This document shows positions 25,526 to 29,687 of a stretch of 29,687 nucleotides of DNA, one piece after another. Each line of letters opens with the position of its first letter. The first letter of the stretch is position 1. Origin of the DNA: Verrucomicrobiota bacterium. GTDB lineage: Bacteria > Verrucomicrobiota > Lentisphaeria > Lentisphaerales > Lentisphaeraceae. The translations under genes and the position numbers were made by a program. The notes below the pieces were generated by a model that saw only the letters and a list, made by a program, of their open reading frames with translations, did no database searches and was not told the origin of the DNA. The stretch covers positions 1 to 29,687 of the forward strand of contig JBDKFG010000063.1 in NCBI GenBank assembly GCA_039798785.1, in the 5' to 3' direction.

Positions 25526-26848
25526 TCAGTTCTTCCTGTCGTTCAAGCGGCTCAAGGTGGTCGCCTTCAGCTTCTCCAGATAGCCGCTCTGCAGATCGTT
25601 TTTCAGGTCGACGGCGCTGAGCAGGGGCAAGGCGTGTTCGGAGCGGAAGGCGAAGGGATCGGGACCAAGGACCGCCTGATGCACTTCGAGAAGGGAGAGT
25701 TGGCTCGGGTCGCGGGCCGGGACGAAGCGGCCGTCTTCGAGGGCATCAGTGGCGAGGAGGATCTTGCCGTTTTTCAGCAGGCCGACGACGCGGCGGCCGA
25801 GCACCGGATCGAGACCGAGGCGCTCGAAGGCGTCTTTGGCGGTCCACGAGTCGCCGCGCTGATAATGGAGCAGGTTATCCTTGAGCAGAACCAGGCTGAT
25901 GTTGAAGAGGTTTTCGCCGGGGAGCTTGCCGCGTGAGCCACGGGGATCGAAGGTGCCGTGGTTCTGCAGCGCCTGGGCGATGTTGGCGCCGAAGAGCAGG
26001 ATGTTCCACGAGATGAAGAGCCAGCCGAGGAAGAGGGGCACTGCCGCGAAGGCGCCGTAGATCGCCTGCTTGCCGCCGACGCCGATGCCGAACTTGATGA
26101 AGGCCCACTGCACCAGCATCCACGACAAGGCGGTGATGACGGCGGCGGCATAGGCGTAGCGGAAGCGGACGAAGGTGTTGGGAAGGAATCGGTACATGTA
26201 GGCGAGAACCAGTGTCTGAATGAAGAAGGTGGTGCAGCGGGCTCCGACCTCCAGGCCGGCGGTGCCCCAGGCGCCGAGGTGGTTGCTGATCAGGCCTTGG
26301 ACTTTCTCGCTGGTGAAGGCTGTGTTGGTCGCCGAAGCGAGGATCATGACGAAGGGCACCATGATGATCACAGGCAGGAACTCACGGAACTTCTGGGGAA
26401 TGCTGCGGTCATGATCAGCGCCCCAGATGACATTCATCACCTTCTCGATCTTGCCGGCGGTGGCGACCACGGTCCAGACGAAGATGATCAGGCCAGGAAT
26501 GCCGAGGGTGGCGAAATTCACCTTGTCGACCGCTTCCATCAACTGCAGCCCGATGTCGGCAACGCCAGCAGGCATCTCTTTCATGTGTTCGCGAATCATC
26601 GTCTCGACCCGATGATGAAACCCCAGCCCCTTGGCCGCAGCGAACATGAAGGCAAGCACCGGCACGATCGACATCAGGGTGATGTTGGTCAAGGCGGCAG
26701 CATAAAGCAGGCAGTTGTGCTTCATGTAGGAAGTGATGGCCATGAAGGCGACACGCATCATCAGATAGAGCCGGCGGACGTCAGGCTTCAAAGTCGCAAG
26801 ATCGGTGGTCCACAACGTCTGCTGGAAGAAGAGAGTGAGCTTTTTCAT
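25526..26848 (-). CDS. YihY/BrkB-family inner membrane protein with a C-terminal HTH-like extension
   Basis: AAALT..TLMSIVP, IEKVMNVIW, YRFLPNT, IYGAFAAVPLFLGWL..SW.ILLFGA motifs. The C-terminal FVPARDPSQLSLLEV is Rrf2-like. Confidence 0.9.
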   Translation of the reverse strand: MKKLTLFFQQTLWTTDLATLKPDVRRLYLMMRVAFMAITSYMKHNCLLYAAALTNITLMSIVPVLAFMFAAAKGLGFHHRVETMIREHMKEMPAGVADIGLQLMEAVDKVNFATLGIPGLIIFVWTVVATAGKIEKVMNVIWGADHDRSIPQKFREFLPVIIMVPFVMILASATNTAFTSEKVQGLISNHLGAWGTAGLEVGARCTTFFIQTLVLAYMYRFLPNTFVRFRYAYAAAVITALSWMLVQWAFIKFGIGVGGKQAIYGAFAAVPLFLGWLFISWNILLFGANIAQALQNHGTFDPRGSRGKLPGENLFNISLVLLKDNLLHYQRGDSWTAKDAFERLGLDPVLGRRVVGLLKNGKILLATDALEDGRFVPARDPSQLSLLEVHQAVLGPDPFAFRSEHALPLLSAVDLKNDLQSGYLEKLKATTLSRLNDRKN

Positions 26849-27038
26849 CGACGGGAATCCTCGGGTTTTATACAAGCCGCCAATCTAGCTGCGGAAGCCT
26901 TCTTGAACCGGGGCGAGAGAGATTTCCGGGCGGCTTCTCGGTGCGAGAAAGCAAAGAACTTTTCAATTCATTCGAAAATCTTCCGGGACACCGCGTCATA
27001 TCGCCAGCCAAATGACACGAAAAAACAGGAAGCCCCCC

Positions 27039-29576
27039 ATGAAATCCCAGCTCCTCTGCTTCTCCGCCTGCATCGCCCTCGCCGCCGCCTCCTGCACCAG
27101 CAGCCTGCCTGTGCAAGGCAGCGTCAAGGCCAGCGAACTGGAAGCCAAAACCATCAACCTGGCGCCTAAATACCGCGCCGCCACCGTCGCCATCACCCGC
27201 GTCGGCATGGGCGGCAACGGCAGCGGCGTCATCATCTCCGCCGACGGCTATGTGATGACCGCCTGCCATGTCGTGGAGAAATCCGGCAACGAATGCATCC
27301 TGCTCCTCAATGACGGCCGCAAGGTGAAAGGCAAGGTCCTCGGCATCGACCGCAAAGCCGACGCCGCCCTGGTCAAGATCTCCGATGAAGCCCCCGCCGG
27401 CGGCTGGCCCTTCGTCCCCGTCGCCAAAACCCCGCCGCAAGGCGCCTGGGTCTGCGCCATGGGCCACTCCGGCGGCGTCGTCCTCAACCGCCCCCCTCCC
27501 CTGCGCCTCGGCCGCGTCTACACCCACCCCTCTGCCCACTACATCGGCACCGACTGCACCGTCGTCTCCGGCGACTCCGGCGGCCCCCTCTTCGACCTGG
27601 AAGGCAACGTCGTTGGCATCAACGCCAACATCAGCATGGACATCGATGGCAACAACCATGTCCCCGGCTCGCTCTATCTCGACCACATGGAAACCCTGAA
27701 AAAAACCGGCGAGCATAGCCTCCCCCGCCTCAAGCCCAGCCCCGCCGAACTGGCCGTGAAGGTCCCGGCCGAAATGGAAAAACACCGATCTCTGGTCAAG
27801 GAACAGCTGGAAAAACTCGCCCCCGGCAAAAGCGTCGACAAGGCGATGATCGACCGCGTCCTCGCCGGCTCGAAATTCAATCCCGCCACCGGTGAATTCA
27901 AGCTCAATGTCGACCCTGAAACCGCCAGCCAGCTCGGCCTCAACGGCGCCCCTCCTCCCGCCGCTCCCGGCGGCAGCGTCAAAGTCCCGGCGGAGATGGA
28001 GCAGTTCCGCGGCATCGTCCAGCAGAACCTCGAAAAACTCGCCCCCGGCAAGACCATCGACAAGGCGATGATCGACCGCGTCCTCGCCGGTTCGAATTTC
28101 GACCCCAAGACCAAAGCCTTCAAGCTGGCTGTCGACCCAGAGACCGCCAAGCAGCTCGGCCTCGACAAGGGCGGAGGCAAGAACGCCGGCTCGGCAGCCT
28201 TCGACAAGGACCAGTTCATCCGCGGCCTCACCGTCCTCAACCGCAAAGGTGATGAGCGGGGCAAGGCCCTCTACAAAGAGATGGTCGAAACTGGCCGCGC
28301 CGGGGCCAGTCCCGAGGAGATCAAGCGGATCAGCGAAGCCGCCAAGGAGATCCCCCGCCCCCAAGGCGACAGCCTGCCCGACTACATGCTGCCGGTCGTC
28401 CGCGAAGACCTCGCCCGCAACTACTCGCGCAAGATCGGCCGCAAGATCCCCGCCGAAAAGATCGATGCGATGGCGAAAAAAGCCCGCTACAACCCCAAGA
28501 CCGGCGAAGTCTCCCTCCAGATGGATCTCGGCGTCCTGAAGTCCCTCGGCCTGTCGCCTAAAGAGATGCGCAGCATGTCGGGCTCCGAATCGATCAACAT
28601 TCCCGCCGAACTCCGCGACAACGGCCCCTACGCCCTCTCCTTGATGCAGCCCGCCAAGGGCCAGGGAGCCCTCGAGATCGGCAACGCCTCCACGGTCAGC
28701 CTCTTCTCCGGCGAGGAGAAGCTCGCCCTCGGCACCGTCATCAGCGCCGAAGGCCTGGTGGTCACCAAGGCCAGCCAGCTCGGAGGACAGGAAAAGATCC
28801 AGATCCGCCTTCCCGACGGCTCCTCCGTCCCCGCCCAGCTGGTCGGCATCGACAACTCCACCGACCTCGCCCTCTTCGATACCCGCACCATCGGACTCAA
28901 GCCGGTGACCTGGGCCGAGGAGAGCCCAATCCTCGGCTCCTGGCTCCTCGCTCCCGGCGTCGCCGAAGACGGCTCCCCCTCGGTCGCCATCGTCAGCGTC
29001 GACACCCGCCCCCTGCCCCGCGTCCTGCCGCTCGACCGCGGCCTCGACCGCCGCGCCCTGCTCGGCATCGCCCCGGATGTGGAAAAAAGCGGCAAGGGCT
29101 ACATCGTCGGCACCGTCGCCCCCGATTCCGCCGCGGAGAAGGCCGGTCTGCAAGTCGGCGACACTCTGCTCGAAGTCGAAGGAAAAAAGATCGAAGGGCT
29201 GGAGATGCTCGGCAAGATCGTCGCCGACAAGTCTCCCGGCACCAAGCTGCCCCTCAAGATCAAGCGCGGCGAAGCCGAGCTCATCCTGACTCCCGAACTC
29301 CAGGCGCCCGGCGAATTGGGCGGCGGCGATGCCGCCGGGGTCACCGATCTGATCGGCCAGGCCGCCGGCGACCTGAGCAAGCGCCGCACTGACTTCCCTG
29401 CCGTCTTCCAGCACGACGGCGTGGTCTGGGCGAACGCCTGCGGCGGCCCGGTCCTCGACCTGCACGGACGCTGCGTCGGCCTCAACATCGCCCGCTTCGA
29501 CCGCATCTGCACCTTCGCCCTGCCGGCCAAGGAAGTCCAGTCCTCGGTCAAGCGCATCCTCGACGCCCGCCGCTAA
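27039..29576 (+). CDS. Trypsin-like (S1C) serine protease lipoprotein with a second degenerate protease domain and a PDZ domain
   Basis: Lipobox AASC. Catalytic triad TACHV / DAAL / GDSGGP. Second domain TKASQL / DLAL / ACGGP with an inserted PDZ (LLGI...SAAEKAGLQVGD). Confidence 0.9.
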   Translation: MKSQLLCFSACIALAAASCTSSLPVQGSVKASELEAKTINLAPKYRAATVAITRVGMGGNGSGVIISADGYVMTACHVVEKSGNECILLLNDGRKVKGKVLGIDRKADAALVKISDEAPAGGWPFVPVAKTPPQGAWVCAMGHSGGVVLNRPPPLRLGRVYTHPSAHYIGTDCTVVSGDSGGPLFDLEGNVVGINANISMDIDGNNHVPGSLYLDHMETLKKTGEHSLPRLKPSPAELAVKVPAEMEKHRSLVKEQLEKLAPGKSVDKAMIDRVLAGSKFNPATGEFKLNVDPETASQLGLNGAPPPAAPGGSVKVPAEMEQFRGIVQQNLEKLAPGKTIDKAMIDRVLAGSNFDPKTKAFKLAVDPETAKQLGLDKGGGKNAGSAAFDKDQFIRGLTVLNRKGDERGKALYKEMVETGRAGASPEEIKRISEAAKEIPRPQGDSLPDYMLPVVREDLARNYSRKIGRKIPAEKIDAMAKKARYNPKTGEVSLQMDLGVLKSLGLSPKEMRSMSGSESINIPAELRDNGPYALSLMQPAKGQGALEIGNASTVSLFSGEEKLALGTVISAEGLVVTKASQLGGQEKIQIRLPDGSSVPAQLVGIDNSTDLALFDTRTIGLKPVTWAEESPILGSWLLAPGVAEDGSPSVAIVSVDTRPLPRVLPLDRGLDRRALLGIAPDVEKSGKGYIVGTVAPDSAAEKAGLQVGDTLLEVEGKKIEGLEMLGKIVADKSPGTKLPLKIKRGEAELILTPELQAPGELGGGDAAGVTDLIGQAAGDLSKRRTDFPAVFQHDGVVWANACGGPVLDLHGRCVGLNIARFDRICTFALPAKEVQSSVKRILDARR
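27756..28163 (+). repeat. Intragenic 186-bp (62-aa) duplication in the protease linker
   Basis: 27756-27941 and 27978-28163 both encode VKVPAEME...LEKLAPGK..DKAMIDRVLAGS.F.P.T..FKL.VDPETA.QLGL. Confidence 0.95.
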
Positions 29577-29615
29577 GCCCTTAACCCAAATCCGACTCCG
29601 CCGGAATCGAAATGG

Positions 29616-29674
29616 AACCACGGAAGACACAGAGAACACGGAATCAACCGCAGAAGACGCAGATGAACGCAGAA
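29616..29674 (+). repeat. Two purine-rich units, each made of three 9-10 nt sub-repeats
   Basis: AACCACGGAAGACACAGAGAACACGGAA (29616-29643) and AACCGCAGAAGACGCAGATGAACGCAGAA (29646-29674). Confidence 0.7.
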
Positions 29675-29687
29675 AGGAAACCCAGGA

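Noticed and set aside
26868..29639. 923-aa minus-strand ORF and similar overlapping ORFs (10102-11355, 15491-16912, 21063-22535, 25958-27169)
   Set aside because: They are antisense shadows of well-supported genes, expected from GC3 bias.

Overview
High-GC bacterial chromosomal window. A PVC-superphylum origin (Lentisphaerae/Verrucomicrobia/Planctomycetes-like) is inferred from the protein families and repeat style. The right part (about 12-29.6 kb) is mostly housekeeping: heme A and heme O synthases plus DUF420, a LutA-like CCG protein, an efflux adaptor, an ankyrin protein, lipA, rdgB, a Ser/Thr pseudokinase, a 3D-domain lipoprotein, birA, YihY, and a tandem trypsin/PDZ lipoprotein with an unrecognised 62-aa repeat. 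The left part (1-11.9 kb) is all on the minus strand. It holds a 1787-aa DUF3686-type AAA+ ATPase surrounded by small, unrelated, partly AT-rich genes and a FitA/VapC toxin-antitoxin pair, separated by clusters of REP-like hairpin repeats. Four observations stand out: (i) a displaced, synonymously diverged copy of the ATPase 3' end 516 bp downstream, fused to a REP arm and bracketing one foreign gene; (ii) a REP pair inserted in frame inside the ATPase gene; (iii) a cassette-array-like layout with no integrase in the window; (iv) an orphan minimal flagellin behind a sigma70-type promoter, coupled to a membrane protein. All protein calls come from motif recognition by eye, not database searches.
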